Source: Hungatella sp. (lineage in GTDB: Bacteria > Bacillota > Clostridia > Lachnospirales > Lachnospiraceae). From it: a stretch of 64,000 nucleotides of DNA. Location of the stretch: the NCBI GenBank assembly GCA_022795805.1, contig JAAWHK010000002.1, positions 15,194 through 79,193 on the forward strand, in the 5' to 3' direction. Positions 43,900 to 54,202 of this stretch are shown here, one piece after another. Within the stretch, counting starts at the first letter, position 1, and each line of letters starts with the position of its first letter. The position numbers were made by a program, and so were the translations under genes. The notes under the pieces are model-generated. The model saw nothing but the letters and a program-made list of their open reading frames with translations. It made no database searches and was not told the DNA's origin.

Positions 43900-46209
43900 C
43901 TATCTAACCTCCAGATTCCCGTCCTTTTCGTCCAGCGTGCACCGGCCTCCCCTTTTCAGCTTTCCGAACAGCAGAAGCTCCGCCAGGAGAGGCTTTACCT
44001 CACGGTCAATCACCCGGTCGATCTCCCTGGCTCCGTATTCGTTGGTGATTCCCGCGGCCTGGATATGCCTCCTGGCCCTGTCGCTGACCGAAAGCTCCAC
44101 CTTCCTGAGAAGCAGCTTGTCCCCCAGCTCCTTAAGCTTCTTGTCCGTGATCCGTCCGGCCATGGCATCGTCCATGCTGTTAAACAGCACGATGCGGCTC
44201 AGGCGGTTGCGGAACTCCGGCTGAAACGTATGCTTTACGGCCTCCGTAAGGGCGTCCATGTTCACCTGGCCTCCGCCGAAGCCGATCCGGCTTTTTCCCA
44301 CCTGACTGGCCCCGGCGTTGGACGTCATGATGAGGATTATATTTCTGAAGTCCGCTTTGCGGCCCTGATTGTCCGTCAGGGTGGCATAGTCCATGACCTG
44401 GAGAAGCACATTGAAAATGTCCGGATGCGCCTTCTCGATCTCGTCCAGCAAAAGTATCCCGTGGGGATGGCGGCGTATCTCCTCCGTGAGAATGCCGCCC
44501 TCCTCGTACCCCACATACCCGGCAGGCGCACCGATAAGCTTGGCCACCGCATGCTTCTCCGAGTACTCGCTCATGTCATACCGCATAAAGGAGATGCCCA
44601 TCCGGTCCGCCAGAACCCTGGCCAGCTCCGTCTTTCCCACCCCCGTGGCTCCCACGAACAGGAAGGACGCAACAGGCTTATTCCCATCGTTGAGCCCTGC
44701 TTTTGAGAATTTTACCGCGTTGACCACCTGGTTCACGGCCTCGTCCTGGCCGAAAATCCGCTCTTTTAAGTCGTTTTCCAGAACCGAAAGCCTGCTCAGG
44801 TCATCCCTTTCCATAGTCTGCAAGGGGATATTGCATGTTTTCGACAGCACCTGGTCCAAAAGGGCTTTGCTGACGGACTGCCGCTTCTGATCCAGGGGAT
44901 GAAGCCGCCTCCAGGCCCCCGCCTCATCCATCAGGTCGATGGCCTTGTCCGGAAGGAACCGCTCGCTGACATACCTGCTGCTGATGGATACCGCGTGCTC
45001 CAGCACCCCGGCTCCGTACTTTACCCCGTGAAACTTTTCATATCCCGCCTTAAGCCCTCTCAGAATCTCCACGGCTTCCTCTGCCGTAGGCTCTCTCAGA
45101 TCCACCTTCTGAAACCGCCTTGCCAGGCTCCTGCTTGTGAGGAAATGCTTCTTGTACTCCTCGTAGGTGGTAGCCCCCATGAACCGGATACGCCCCGCCG
45201 CCAGGTAGGGTTTCAGCAGGTTGGCCGCGTCCAGGCTTCCGCTGCCCACCGCGCCGGCTCCCACGATGTTGTGAATCTCGTCCAGGTAGAGAATCGGGCT
45301 CTTCTCCCCGGACAGACCGTCCATAATCTCCTTGAACCGCTTTTCAAAATCCCCCCGGTACTGGGTTCCCGCCAGGAGCCCTCCCAGATCCAGGCTGTAA
45401 ATCACGGCATCCTTAAGGGGCTGGGGCACGTTTCCGGTGACGATTCTTTCCGCCAGTCCGTAGGCCAGCGCCGTCTTGCCCACCCCGGGTTCCCCCACAT
45501 GGACCACGTTGTTTTTGTCCTTACGGCACAGAATCTGGATGGTCCTCTCCAGCTCCTCCTTACGGCCGATGAGAGGGTTTTTGTCCCGGCAGGTATGGTT
45601 TAAATTCTCCACGTACCGTTTCCAGCCGCCGCCCCGGGGCCGGCTTTCCCGGACAAATTCCCGCTCCCCGGCTGCCCGGCTGCCGTTTGCGCGCCTTGTT
45701 TCTGTCTCCCCAAAGGCCTCTCTGCCTTGGACGGACAAATCCTCTCTATGCTCCTCACCTTCCGGGCCGCCGTCCCTCTCCCTGGCCAGACTGCTTCTGG
45801 ACATCTCCCCCGCCACCTGAACCAGGTCCACTCCCTGTACCGCCAGGTAATAGACCCCGTAACAATCGTGAAGCTGCATCACCGCCGACAGAAAATGGCT
45901 TACGTCTATGGCGCTGCGGCCGCTGGACCTGGCCTGCCCCTCGCACATGCGTATCACCCTGTCCGTGTCAGCGGTCAGCACCGCCTTGTCCCCCCTGGCC
46001 TGCCCCGCCTGATCGTCGAGAAATTCCAGCACATCCCGCCTCAGCTTCCCGATATCCCCGCCAAAGGCCTGATACTCCTCAAAGAAATCTTCGTCAAATG
46101 TCATTCCGTATATCATGTGCTCAGGCATAAAATAGCGATGGCCCTTCTCCCCGGCCAGCTTCACCGCCCGCTCCATAACCTTCTGCATATTTCTGCTAAA
46201 TTCCATCAT
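43900..46209 (-). CDS. clpA: ATP-dependent Clp protease ATPase subunit ClpA
   Basis: Clp N-domain, Walker A motifs GEPGVGKT and GATGVGKT, FLPDKAIDL, no middle coiled coil, IGF loop; directly after clpS. Confidence 0.92.
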   Translation of the reverse strand: MMEFSRNMQKVMERAVKLAGEKGHRYFMPEHMIYGMTFDEDFFEEYQAFGGDIGKLRRDVLEFLDDQAGQARGDKAVLTADTDRVIRMCEGQARSSGRSAIDVSHFLSAVMQLHDCYGVYYLAVQGVDLVQVAGEMSRSSLARERDGGPEGEEHREDLSVQGREAFGETETRRANGSRAAGEREFVRESRPRGGGWKRYVENLNHTCRDKNPLIGRKEELERTIQILCRKDKNNVVHVGEPGVGKTALAYGLAERIVTGNVPQPLKDAVIYSLDLGGLLAGTQYRGDFEKRFKEIMDGLSGEKSPILYLDEIHNIVGAGAVGSGSLDAANLLKPYLAAGRIRFMGATTYEEYKKHFLTSRSLARRFQKVDLREPTAEEAVEILRGLKAGYEKFHGVKYGAGVLEHAVSISSRYVSERFLPDKAIDLMDEAGAWRRLHPLDQKRQSVSKALLDQVLSKTCNIPLQTMERDDLSRLSVLENDLKERIFGQDEAVNQVVNAVKFSKAGLNDGNKPVASFLFVGATGVGKTELARVLADRMGISFMRYDMSEYSEKHAVAKLIGAPAGYVGYEEGGILTEEIRRHPHGILLLDEIEKAHPDIFNVLLQVMDYATLTDNQGRKADFRNIILIMTSNAGASQVGKSRIGFGGGQVNMDALTEAVKHTFQPEFRNRLSRIVLFNSMDDAMAGRITDKKLKELGDKLLLRKVELSVSDRARRHIQAAGITNEYGAREIDRVIDREVKPLLAELLLFGKLKRGGRCTLDEKDGNLEVR

Positions 46210-46227
46210 AGTTCCCCCTGCTGCAGT

Positions 46228-46530
46228 CTACGGACAGCATACGGCCTCCACCTTCAGGGGATACCCCTTTGACCTGGCCCACTGGACGGCCTCAGCCGCC
46301 TTGGTTCTGGCAATATCTTTCGGATATATCCCCGCAACCGCATAATTTCCCCTGTGGACGCTCATCATGAGCGTGACTGCCGCCGCCTCCTCCTTGTCGA
46401 AGAGCTCCATAAGTACTTCCACCACAAAATCCATAGGCGTAAAATCATCGTTGTAGATGAGTACCTGATACCGTTTCGGCTCCTTTATCTGTTCTCTTAT
46501 GTGTTCCCTAATCTGTTCCTTCGCCGCCAT
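46228..46530 (-). CDS. clpS: Clp protease adaptor ClpS
   Basis: YQVLIYNDDFTPMDFVVEVL, MMSVH and GYPLK. Confidence 0.96.
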   Translation of the reverse strand: MAAKEQIREHIREQIKEPKRYQVLIYNDDFTPMDFVVEVLMELFDKEEAAAVTLMMSVHRGNYAVAGIYPKDIARTKAAEAVQWARSKGYPLKVEAVCCP

Positions 46531-46592
46531 ACACTCTTTATGCCTCCTTGCGCCTCCTGTTATCCCGAAAAAACGCCCTCAACACGGCAAAA

Positions 46593-46625
46593 GCAGTTTA
46601 TTCCCACGTTTTGAAAATAAACTGC
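46593..46625 (-). terminator. Hairpin after the RpiR-like gene
   Basis: GCAGTTTATT pairs with AATAAACTGC, followed by TTTT on the minus strand. Confidence 0.65.
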
Positions 46626-46641
46626 CCGTTTCCGCCTGTAT

Positions 46642-47412
46642 TCAGCCGTTCCCCAGGTAATACTGCTGATAATACTGAATCCTGAGCAGGTCAAACACCT
46701 GCATCAGCTGGTAATTAAAGTTCACCCCGTCGTACCGTCCCGGCAGCCGCAGAACGTAATCGCTGATCTTGTGCTCCGGCCTTATGTACACCGGGTTCTG
46801 CGTAATCAGCAGGCTGGTGGCATTCTGGGGATTGAGATCGCCTCTGAAATTCAAAAATCCCTTCATGGCCCTCCCCGTGGCGGATATGAAAATCAGCATA
46901 TCCCCGTCGGTAAACTTCATATCAGGATCATAATTGTGAAACTGAACCACATTTTTCCCGAAGGTGATCAGATCGGTCTGGAACTCCACGGCAATGGACA
47001 TGGGGTACAGCGCCCCGATGAGGACGATCCTTTCGTGTCTCTCGATCTGGCCGCAGAGCGCAGAAAGGCTGGCCAGCATCTCCTCGTCCGATACGTCCTT
47101 CTCCATGTTCTTCACCATGTCCGAGGCCTTCAGCCCCAGCATCCGCCCCCGTATCTGGTCAAGCCTGGTGTAGTGGTGCTCCATAAACGTTTTGTGGAAG
47201 TCCTCCCACTTGAAGCTGAGCCCCAGACGGCTTATAAAGTCGTCCATGTTCTCCTCACGGATCCCCGTCTCCAGAAGAATCCGTTCCTTTGTCATGGTCT
47301 CCATCTCCAGGTAGTGGTTCACCAGATAGGTGCACAGCTTGTAATAGTCGTCGTAAAACAGCGCCCCGTTTAAATATTTCAAAATTCTCGCCAGCAGCAC
47401 ATCCATGTTCAT
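46642..47412 (-). CDS. Divergent RpiR/MurR-like protein (HTH-like plus SIS-like domain)
   Basis: YLVNHYLEMETMT...FISRLG..WEDF, RIVLIG...AVEFQTDL and MLIFISATG patterns; ATGA overlap with the phosphatase. Confidence 0.55.
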   Translation of the reverse strand: MNMDVLLARILKYLNGALFYDDYYKLCTYLVNHYLEMETMTKERILLETGIREENMDDFISRLGLSFKWEDFHKTFMEHHYTRLDQIRGRMLGLKASDMVKNMEKDVSDEEMLASLSALCGQIERHERIVLIGALYPMSIAVEFQTDLITFGKNVVQFHNYDPDMKFTDGDMLIFISATGRAMKGFLNFRGDLNPQNATSLLITQNPVYIRPEHKISDYVLRLPGRYDGVNFNYQLMQVFDLLRIQYYQQYYLGNG

Positions 47413-48182
47413 ATGGCCTCCCTCTTCTCCCCCGGCAAACATCCGGCCGCCAGATCCTTTTTCTTTATGACCGTAACCGACATGTCGTTGAGGCAGAGAC
47501 AGTTGAGCTGTCCGTCGTCAAAGGGGCCAAGCCCGCCGTCAATGCCGATCTTGTCCTCATAGTACGGATCAAACCACACATCGAAATTGCCGCCGCCGTT
47601 GAGATGGCACAGGGGGGTGTGACCGAATACGATGGTCTTCCCCTTAAGAGCCGGAGACATGTAGAACCACTCCCTGATCCAGGCGCATATCTCCTCGTCC
47701 TGCTCATGGAGGGGTTTCTCCGGGTCGATCCCCGCGTGGATCAGAACCAGCGCCTGTCCCCCCACATTCAGCTCCACATAGCTTGGAAGGGAATTGATAT
47801 AATCAATGAGCCAGTGTCTGAATTCCTTTCTCCTGCACTGGAAATCCTTCTTGCCCCCGCACTCTTTTTTCAGGAAATAGTCCATCTGCTTTATAGTCTT
47901 GTCGCCGCCGTTGCACTGCCAGATCCTTCCCTGAGGACACTCCCAGTCCTCCTTCAAAAGGAAATCCCGCATCATCAGCTCATGGTTGCCTTTCAGAAGA
48001 AATATGTTGTCCCGGTGCTGCTGTATGAAATGGTAGATCTCCATGGCCTTCTCTCCCCTGTCATTGCAGTCTCCCAGGATATACAGCCGGTCGCTGTCAG
48101 AGAAATTCACCTTTTTAAGCATGGCAAGCAGGGCATCGTAATGCCCGTGAAGATCTGACAGCGCATACACCTTTCCAGTCAT
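47409..48182 (-). CDS. PPP-family metallophosphoesterase (Ser/Thr phosphatase-like)
   Basis: SDLHG, GDCNDRG, GNHE, HAG, GHTP and IDGG. Confidence 0.92.
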   Translation of the reverse strand: MTGKVYALSDLHGHYDALLAMLKKVNFSDSDRLYILGDCNDRGEKAMEIYHFIQQHRDNIFLLKGNHELMMRDFLLKEDWECPQGRIWQCNGGDKTIKQMDYFLKKECGGKKDFQCRRKEFRHWLIDYINSLPSYVELNVGGQALVLIHAGIDPEKPLHEQDEEICAWIREWFYMSPALKGKTIVFGHTPLCHLNGGGNFDVWFDPYYEDKIGIDGGLGPFDDGQLNCLCLNDMSVTVIKKKDLAAGCLPGEKREAI

Positions 48183-48241
48183 AAACCATTCCCCTCTCCC
48201 CGTTGTCCTGCCGGAAGCGGCACAGCCGATTCACTGCTATT

Positions 48242-48270
48242 ATTATAATACGGCCCGGGACATTTGGCAA
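48242..48270 (-). promoter_or_regulatory. sigma-A promoter of the phosphatase/RpiR-like pair
   Basis: TTGCCA (48270-48265), 17 bp, TATAAT (48247-48242). Confidence 0.75.
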
Positions 48271-48290
48271 CAATCCCCGGCGAAAAGTAT

Positions 48291-49529
48291 TTACCAGGTT
48301 TTCCGGGCAAAATTTTTCACGATCTCACAGAGAAGACGGGTGGTCTTCTCCATAGACTGTACGGGAATATACTCGAACCTGCCGTGGAAATTGTGGCCGC
48401 CCGTGCACAGATTGGGACAGGGAAGCCCCATGTACGACAGCCTGGCGCCGTCGGTCCCGCCCCGCACAGGCGCGATCACCGGCTTAATTCCCATCTCCTC
48501 CATGGTCTCCCTGGCAATGTCGATGAGATACATATGATCCTTCAGTTTTTCCCTCATATTGTAGTAGGAATCCTTCATGGTCAGTTCAATGGTTCCGGCG
48601 CCGTACTTTGCGTTCATGCAGTCCGCCGCCTTCTGTATATACGCCTTCTTTGCGCCGAATTTCTCCATGTCGTGATCTCTGATAATATAGTCCATCACCG
48701 TGCGCTCCACATCGCCGGATATGGAATCCAGGTGGAAGAAGCCCTCATACTCCTCGGTGAAGGCCGGGTTGTCCAGAGCCGGCAGCATACCGTGAAATTC
48801 CATGGCCATGAGAACGGAATTTTTCATCTTCCCTTTGGCCGTACCCGGATGGATGCTGAAACCGTTGACCGCAACCCTGGCTGAGGCCGCGTTGAAGGTC
48901 TCATACTCCAGCTCACCCAGGGCGCCTCCGTCGACGGTGTAGGCCACATCCGCACCGAACCCTTCCACGTCAAACATTTCCGCCCCGTTCCCCACTTCCT
49001 CGTCCGGTGTAAAGGCGATCTTGATCGTTCCGTGAGGGATCTCCGGATGCTTCAGCAGATACTCCGCCATAGCCATGATCTCCGCGATCCCCGCCTTGTC
49101 GTCGGCTCCCAGAAGGGTGGTGCCGTCCGTGGTGATCAGATCCTGGCCCACATAGTCCCGAAGTTCCGGATACTGCTCCGGCCCCATGGTAAGCCCGGTT
49201 TCCCGGTTCATGACGATGCTGCCGCCGTCGTAGTTCTTCACGATGCGGGGCTTTATATCCCTGCCTGTGCAGGCTGGCGCCGTATCCATGTGAGCGATAA
49301 ATCCCAGAACCGGTATCTTCTTATCCCGGCAGGTAGCCGGAATGCACCCGTAAACATAGGCGTGGTCGTCCATTTTTACGTCGCCGGCCCCCATGTCCTT
49401 CAGTTCCTGCTCCAGCATAACCGCCAGATTCCTCTGTATCTCGGTGCTGGGAATGTTCTCACTGTCCGGCTGGGACATGGTGTCCACGGCAATATACCTG
49501 AGAAAGCGTTCCAATACGGTTGTCTCCAT
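48291..49529 (-). CDS. pepT: Peptidase T (tripeptide aminopeptidase)
   Basis: [36 protein letters not shown] and NFHG. Confidence 0.98.
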   Translation of the reverse strand: METTVLERFLRYIAVDTMSQPDSENIPSTEIQRNLAVMLEQELKDMGAGDVKMDDHAYVYGCIPATCRDKKIPVLGFIAHMDTAPACTGRDIKPRIVKNYDGGSIVMNRETGLTMGPEQYPELRDYVGQDLITTDGTTLLGADDKAGIAEIMAMAEYLLKHPEIPHGTIKIAFTPDEEVGNGAEMFDVEGFGADVAYTVDGGALGELEYETFNAASARVAVNGFSIHPGTAKGKMKNSVLMAMEFHGMLPALDNPAFTEEYEGFFHLDSISGDVERTVMDYIIRDHDMEKFGAKKAYIQKAADCMNAKYGAGTIELTMKDSYYNMREKLKDHMYLIDIARETMEEMGIKPVIAPVRGGTDGARLSYMGLPCPNLCTGGHNFHGRFEYIPVQSMEKTTRLLCEIVKNFARKTW

Positions 49530-49568
49530 TGTTTTACCTCCTGCTGATTAAAATGATTTATGGTGTTA

Positions 49569-50879
49569 TTAGCGGTTCGCCAGTTCCTCCATGATCTCCT
49601 CCCATCCGATTCCCCGATCCGCCATCAGTACCATCATGTGGTAGAGAAAATCGGCTATCTCGTACTTTATCTCCTCCGGGTTGGGGTTTTTGGCCGCGAT
49701 GACGATCTCCGTGGCCTCCTCGCCCAGCTTTTTAAGTATCTTGTCCAGTCCCTTGTCAAAGAGATAGTTGGTGTAGGAGCCCTCCTTGGGATGTTCCTTC
49801 CGGTCCAGAATCACGGCGAACACCTCCTCAAAGACCTTGAGCGGGTTGGTGTCATTGTACTCCTTTTTCTCCAGTGTCCTGAAAAAGCAGGACCGCGCCC
49901 CCGTGTGGCAGGCAGCGCCCACCTGTCTGACCCTGGCCAGAATGGTATCCTTGTCGCAGTCCAGGTGCAGGGACTTCACATACTGGAAGTGGCCTGACGT
50001 CCCGCCTTTGAGCCAGAGACTCTGCCGGCTGCGGCTGTAGTAAGTCATCTTCCCGGTCCGCAGCGTGTTCTCAAAGGCCTCCCGGTTCATATAGGCAACC
50101 ATGAGCACCTCCGACGTCTTGTAATCCTGCGCCACAACCGGGATCAGCCCCCGGGAATCCAGTTTAAACTCCTCCCACGGGATCTGACTCTCAAAGGTGT
50201 CCACGGCCACGCCCCCGGCTTTCAGCCGGTGTTTCAGCTCCATGCAGTCTGTCCTGCCCTCTTCCCCCCAAAGGATCACGCCGTCTACCGCCGGGATTCT
50301 CAAACATGCATCCGCCTCCCCGCCGTCGTTCGTCCGGCAGAACACCAGGACGGGAAGATGGCCGTAATCCGAAAGCATCCGGCACAGCTCCTCCTGCCCG
50401 GAGGAAAAATCCGTATTCCCACACCGTGCCAAAATCACCGCGGATGCGCCCAGCTGGCCGAACTCTTCCGCCCGCTTAAGGCACTCTGCATCCTCCATCC
50501 AGGCATAGATCTTTTCGCTTCCGAACCGGCTGGCTCCCTCTTTCATAAGGTCTACGTTGTCCTCGTCGGCCGCATCCAGAAACACCGCCTTTGCCCCCGC
50601 GTACAGATACTTTTTTATATCCTCCAGCCGCTTCACCCGCCCGCCTGCAATAACAGGCACATCCACGGCTCTCGCCGCCTCCTTGATCAGCAGAATCGTC
50701 CGTTCATGGTCCTCGTCCGTCTCCGAAAGGTCCCGGATCAGGACCGCATCGGCCCCGTTGTCGCACCAGCCGCGGCACAGGGACGCCACATCGCTGTGAA
50801 ATGCTTTCCCCCGTCCGTCCGCGGATATGGCCTGTCCGTTTCTGCACCCCAGGCTGCAGATCAGTTTCTTATATTCCAT
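49569..50879 (-). CDS. hisIE: Degenerate HisF-like barrel fused to HisI-HisE
   Basis: HisI motifs [13 protein letters not shown] and DCDKD...ACHTG..SCF; HisE motifs [16 protein letters not shown] and EIADFLYH; N-terminal ~230 aa resemble HisF/HisA. Confidence 0.92.
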   Translation of the reverse strand: MEYKKLICSLGCRNGQAISADGRGKAFHSDVASLCRGWCDNGADAVLIRDLSETDEDHERTILLIKEAARAVDVPVIAGGRVKRLEDIKKYLYAGAKAVFLDAADEDNVDLMKEGASRFGSEKIYAWMEDAECLKRAEEFGQLGASAVILARCGNTDFSSGQEELCRMLSDYGHLPVLVFCRTNDGGEADACLRIPAVDGVILWGEEGRTDCMELKHRLKAGGVAVDTFESQIPWEEFKLDSRGLIPVVAQDYKTSEVLMVAYMNREAFENTLRTGKMTYYSRSRQSLWLKGGTSGHFQYVKSLHLDCDKDTILARVRQVGAACHTGARSCFFRTLEKKEYNDTNPLKVFEEVFAVILDRKEHPKEGSYTNYLFDKGLDKILKKLGEEATEIVIAAKNPNPEEIKYEIADFLYHMMVLMADRGIGWEEIMEELANR

Positions 50880-50963
50880 AGTCTGTCCATTCCTTCCTGT
50901 TATACCCTGACTTTCCGTCTGTTTTCGGCCGGTCTTTCTATCGGGTCTCCCCCCTTTTGCGCC

Positions 50964-51692
50964 TTAAGCCGGCTTTTCCTCAAACAGTCTGACCGCCTCC
51001 CTCAGATCCAAACGCTCTTCGTAGAGGGCCTTCCCTATAATCGCCCCCTGGATCCCCTCGTCCCGCAGACGCCTAAGATCCTCCATGGAGGAGACGCCGC
51101 CCGACGCGATAATATCCATCTGCGTGGCACGGGTCAGACTGCCCGTAGCCTCCACGTTGGGGCCAGACAGCATGCCGTCCCTGGATATGTCCGTATACAC
51201 CACGTGGCACACTCCCATTTTCTTCATCTTCAGGCACAGCTGTGCGGCGGTCACGGAACTTACCTTTCCCCAGCCCTCAACGGCCACCAGGCCGTCCTTC
51301 GCGTCGATACCCGCCACGATTCGCCCGGAACCGAATCGATCTGTCAGCCGGCCCATAAACTCCGGCTCCGCAGCGGCTCTGGTTCCGATGATCACCCTGG
51401 CCGCTCCCAGCTCCAGCATTCTCTCCGCCGCCTCACGGCTCCTGATTCCGCCGCCCACCTGCACCGGGACATCCACCGCCCTGATGATCTCTTTGATGGC
51501 CTCCTCATTGACGGACCGCCCCGCCAGGGCGCCGTCCAAATCCACCAGATGGAGAAATGTGGCTCCCTTTGAAACCCACAGTTTCGCCATGTCCCCGGGA
51601 CTGTGGGAGTACACTTTCACATTGTCAAAAAGCCCCTGTGTCAGTCGGACGCATCTTCCGTCCTTCATGTCAATGGCTGGATATAACTGCAT
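50964..51692 (-). CDS. hisA: ProFAR isomerase
   Basis: YPAIDM, HLVDLDGA, QVGGGIR, TDISRDGMLSGPN and IIGKALY. Confidence 0.97.
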   Translation of the reverse strand: MQLYPAIDMKDGRCVRLTQGLFDNVKVYSHSPGDMAKLWVSKGATFLHLVDLDGALAGRSVNEEAIKEIIRAVDVPVQVGGGIRSREAAERMLELGAARVIIGTRAAAEPEFMGRLTDRFGSGRIVAGIDAKDGLVAVEGWGKVSSVTAAQLCLKMKKMGVCHVVYTDISRDGMLSGPNVEATGSLTRATQMDIIASGGVSSMEDLRRLRDEGIQGAIIGKALYEERLDLREAVRLFEEKPA

Positions 51693-51715
51693 AGCTCTCC
51701 CTCTTTCCTTATGGT

Positions 51716-53293
51716 CTATTTTATCGTATTTTCTCCATTTGTCAATAAACGGGGCGCCGGCTGCGAAAGCCGGTCCTTAAGCAGACACTCCACCAGCGCT
51801 TCCACGGTTGCGTTGGCGGCGGTCACGGTCCTCATTCCCGCCTTCCCGGCCGCCTCCTCCGTCTTTTTCCCGATGCAGAACGCCCTCACCGTCTCACGGG
51901 AAAGGTTCCCTGTCATCCGGCAGAATCCCTCCACCGTGGAACTGCTGGTAAATACGGCTCCGGTCACACTGCCGTCCTCCATAAACGACCGCAGAAGCGG
52001 CGCCTGCTCCGTCATATACTCCGTATCATAGACGGCCAGATCCCTGCAGGAGAGGCGGCTGTTTCTGCCGATCTCATCCAGCACCTCCGGTGAACCCATG
52101 GACGATCTGGGCAGCAGGATACGCTCCCCCTTTGTCAGCGCCCCGGCCAGCAGCCGCCCTAAGGATCTGCCGTCATACTGCGCGGGCATGTAGTCCGTGC
52201 CGATGCCCCTCTCCTTCAGGGCGTCCCCTGTTCCCTGACCAATGGCGGCAAACCGCATATGGGACAGGGCCCGGACATCCCGCCCCGATTCCAGCAGAAC
52301 CTGAAAGAACCGCTCCACCCCGTAGACGGAGGTAAACGCCGCCACCTGGTATCGGTCCAGCTGCCCCAGCACCGTGCGGATCTCCTCGATCCGGGCCCTG
52401 TCTCTCACAGGTACCGTGCGGATGACGGGGACGGACAGAACCTCCGCCCCCAAGGCCCTCAGCTCTTCCTGGAGCCTGCACCCCCTCTCATGGGGCCGGG
52501 TCACAAGGATCTTCTCCCCGAACAGCGGAAGCTTTTCAAACCAGCGCAGCTGCCGATTCAGCGCACACACATGGCCCACCACGATGACCGACGGCGCTTT
52601 GATGCCCCAGTCCTTTGCCCGCTGCGCCAGAGTACCCACCGTAGCGGTCACGGTTCTCTGGGCAGCGGTGGTTCCCCGATGCAGGATGGCAGCAGGCGTA
52701 TCCCTGTCCATTCCCCCGACCCAGAGTCCCTCCATGATCTGCTCCAGAGCGCCCACCCCCATGAGAAACACCAGAGTGCCCCCCGCCTCCACTAAGGCTT
52801 TGTAGGGAATATTCCGATTCCCTCCGTCCCTGTTATGGCCTGTCACCACATGGATACCCGACACAAAATCCCTGTGGGTCACCGGGATCCCCCCGTAGGC
52901 AGGCACCGCCAGGGATGAGGAGATACCCGGAACCACTTCAAAGGGAATCTCCTCCCTGATAAGGGCTTCCAGCTCCTCCCCGCCTCTCCCGAACAGAAAG
53001 GGATCTCCGCCCTTGAGCCGTACCACATGTTTCCCCAGCCTGGCCTCCCTTATGAGGATGCGGTTGATCTCCTCCTGCATGGCGCCGTGCCCCCTGGATG
53101 ATTTCCCCACATCCACCAGCTGTTTTCCCGGCGGGATCATGCTCAGTACCTCGTCTCCCACAAGCCGGTCATAGACAATACAGTCGCCTGTATCCAAAAG
53201 CCTTTTAGCTTTTATGGTCAGAAGGTCCCCGCTGCCCGGCCCGGCCCCAACCAGCCATACCTTTCCCACTCCACTCATATCACGGTTTTCCAT
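51716..53293 (-). CDS. cobA: Uroporphyrinogen-III C-methyltransferase / uroporphyrinogen-III synthase fusion (CobA-HemD)
   Basis: LVGAGPG, YDRLV, RLKGGDPFLFGRGGEE and IPVTHR; then ILVTRP, FTS, AIG and FTSSSTV. Confidence 0.95.
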   Translation of the reverse strand: MENRDMSGVGKVWLVGAGPGSGDLLTIKAKRLLDTGDCIVYDRLVGDEVLSMIPPGKQLVDVGKSSRGHGAMQEEINRILIREARLGKHVVRLKGGDPFLFGRGGEELEALIREEIPFEVVPGISSSLAVPAYGGIPVTHRDFVSGIHVVTGHNRDGGNRNIPYKALVEAGGTLVFLMGVGALEQIMEGLWVGGMDRDTPAAILHRGTTAAQRTVTATVGTLAQRAKDWGIKAPSVIVVGHVCALNRQLRWFEKLPLFGEKILVTRPHERGCRLQEELRALGAEVLSVPVIRTVPVRDRARIEEIRTVLGQLDRYQVAAFTSVYGVERFFQVLLESGRDVRALSHMRFAAIGQGTGDALKERGIGTDYMPAQYDGRSLGRLLAGALTKGERILLPRSSMGSPEVLDEIGRNSRLSCRDLAVYDTEYMTEQAPLLRSFMEDGSVTGAVFTSSSTVEGFCRMTGNLSRETVRAFCIGKKTEEAAGKAGMRTVTAANATVEALVECLLKDRLSQPAPRLLTNGENTIK

Positions 53294-54173
53294 TTATCTC
53301 CTCTTTCAGCGCCCTGGCAAGCGAAATTCCCAGCTCCCGGGGACGGTTCATATCCCCTGTTATGCACTTCTTTTTATACACGCCGCTGCTGCCGTCACAG
53401 TACAGTCCCCGCACTCTCATCCGGCCGTCCCCGCAGATATCCGCGTACACGCCCACCGGCAGGGAACAGCCGCCGTTGAGATACCCCATAAACGCCCGTT
53501 CGGCCATGGCGCAGAGGCCGGCTTCCCTGTCAAAGAATCCATCCAGGAACCCGTAGTCCTCCCCGGCCCTTCCCTGGACGCAGATGATCCCCTGACCTGC
53601 CGCCGGTATCATCTCATCCACCGAAAAATACCGGCTGATGCGGTGTTTAAGCCCCAGGCGTATAAGCCCTGCAGCCGCCAGAACAAGGGCGCCGTACTCA
53701 CCCCGGTCCAGCTTCTCAAGCCTGGTGGGCACATTGCCCCGCACGGTTTTCACAGCGGCTTTCGGGTAGAGTTCCCTCAGCTGCAGGCTTCTCCGGCTGC
53801 TGGAACAGCCTATGGGAAGCCGGCAGTCGTATTCCTTCACCCCCACAGGCAGAACCAGCACGTCTCTGGCATCCTCCCGCAGGGAGTATCCGATGATTGG
53901 CAGGTCCGCGTCAATATCCGAAGGCATATCCTTCAAAGAATGTACCGACAGATCCGTGACCCCGTCCCTCAGGGCCGCATCCAGCTCCCTGACAAAGACG
54001 CCTTTGGTGCCTATCTGATCCAGGGGTGTTGTGACAAGCCGGTCCCCGGTGGTCACCAGCTGGACCAGCTGTGTATCACAGCCCTGGCAATAATGATTAA
54101 TATACTCCGCCGCCATCTCTGCCTGTATACATGCCAGGCGGCTTTTCCGCGTTCCGATTCTGATTGTTCTCAT
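53280..54173 (-). CDS. hemC: Hydroxymethylbilane synthase
   Basis: IGTRKSRLA, VHSLKDMP, SSSRR, RGNVPTRL and GGCSLP (cofactor Cys). Confidence 0.97.
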   Translation of the reverse strand: MRTIRIGTRKSRLACIQAEMAAEYINHYCQGCDTQLVQLVTTGDRLVTTPLDQIGTKGVFVRELDAALRDGVTDLSVHSLKDMPSDIDADLPIIGYSLREDARDVLVLPVGVKEYDCRLPIGCSSSRRSLQLRELYPKAAVKTVRGNVPTRLEKLDRGEYGALVLAAAGLIRLGLKHRISRYFSVDEMIPAAGQGIICVQGRAGEDYGFLDGFFDREAGLCAMAERAFMGYLNGGCSLPVGVYADICGDGRMRVRGLYCDGSSGVYKKKCITGDMNRPRELGISLARALKEEINGKP

Positions 54174-54202
54174 ACATTTCCTTTTTTGGGCCCTGGCCCG
54201 TT

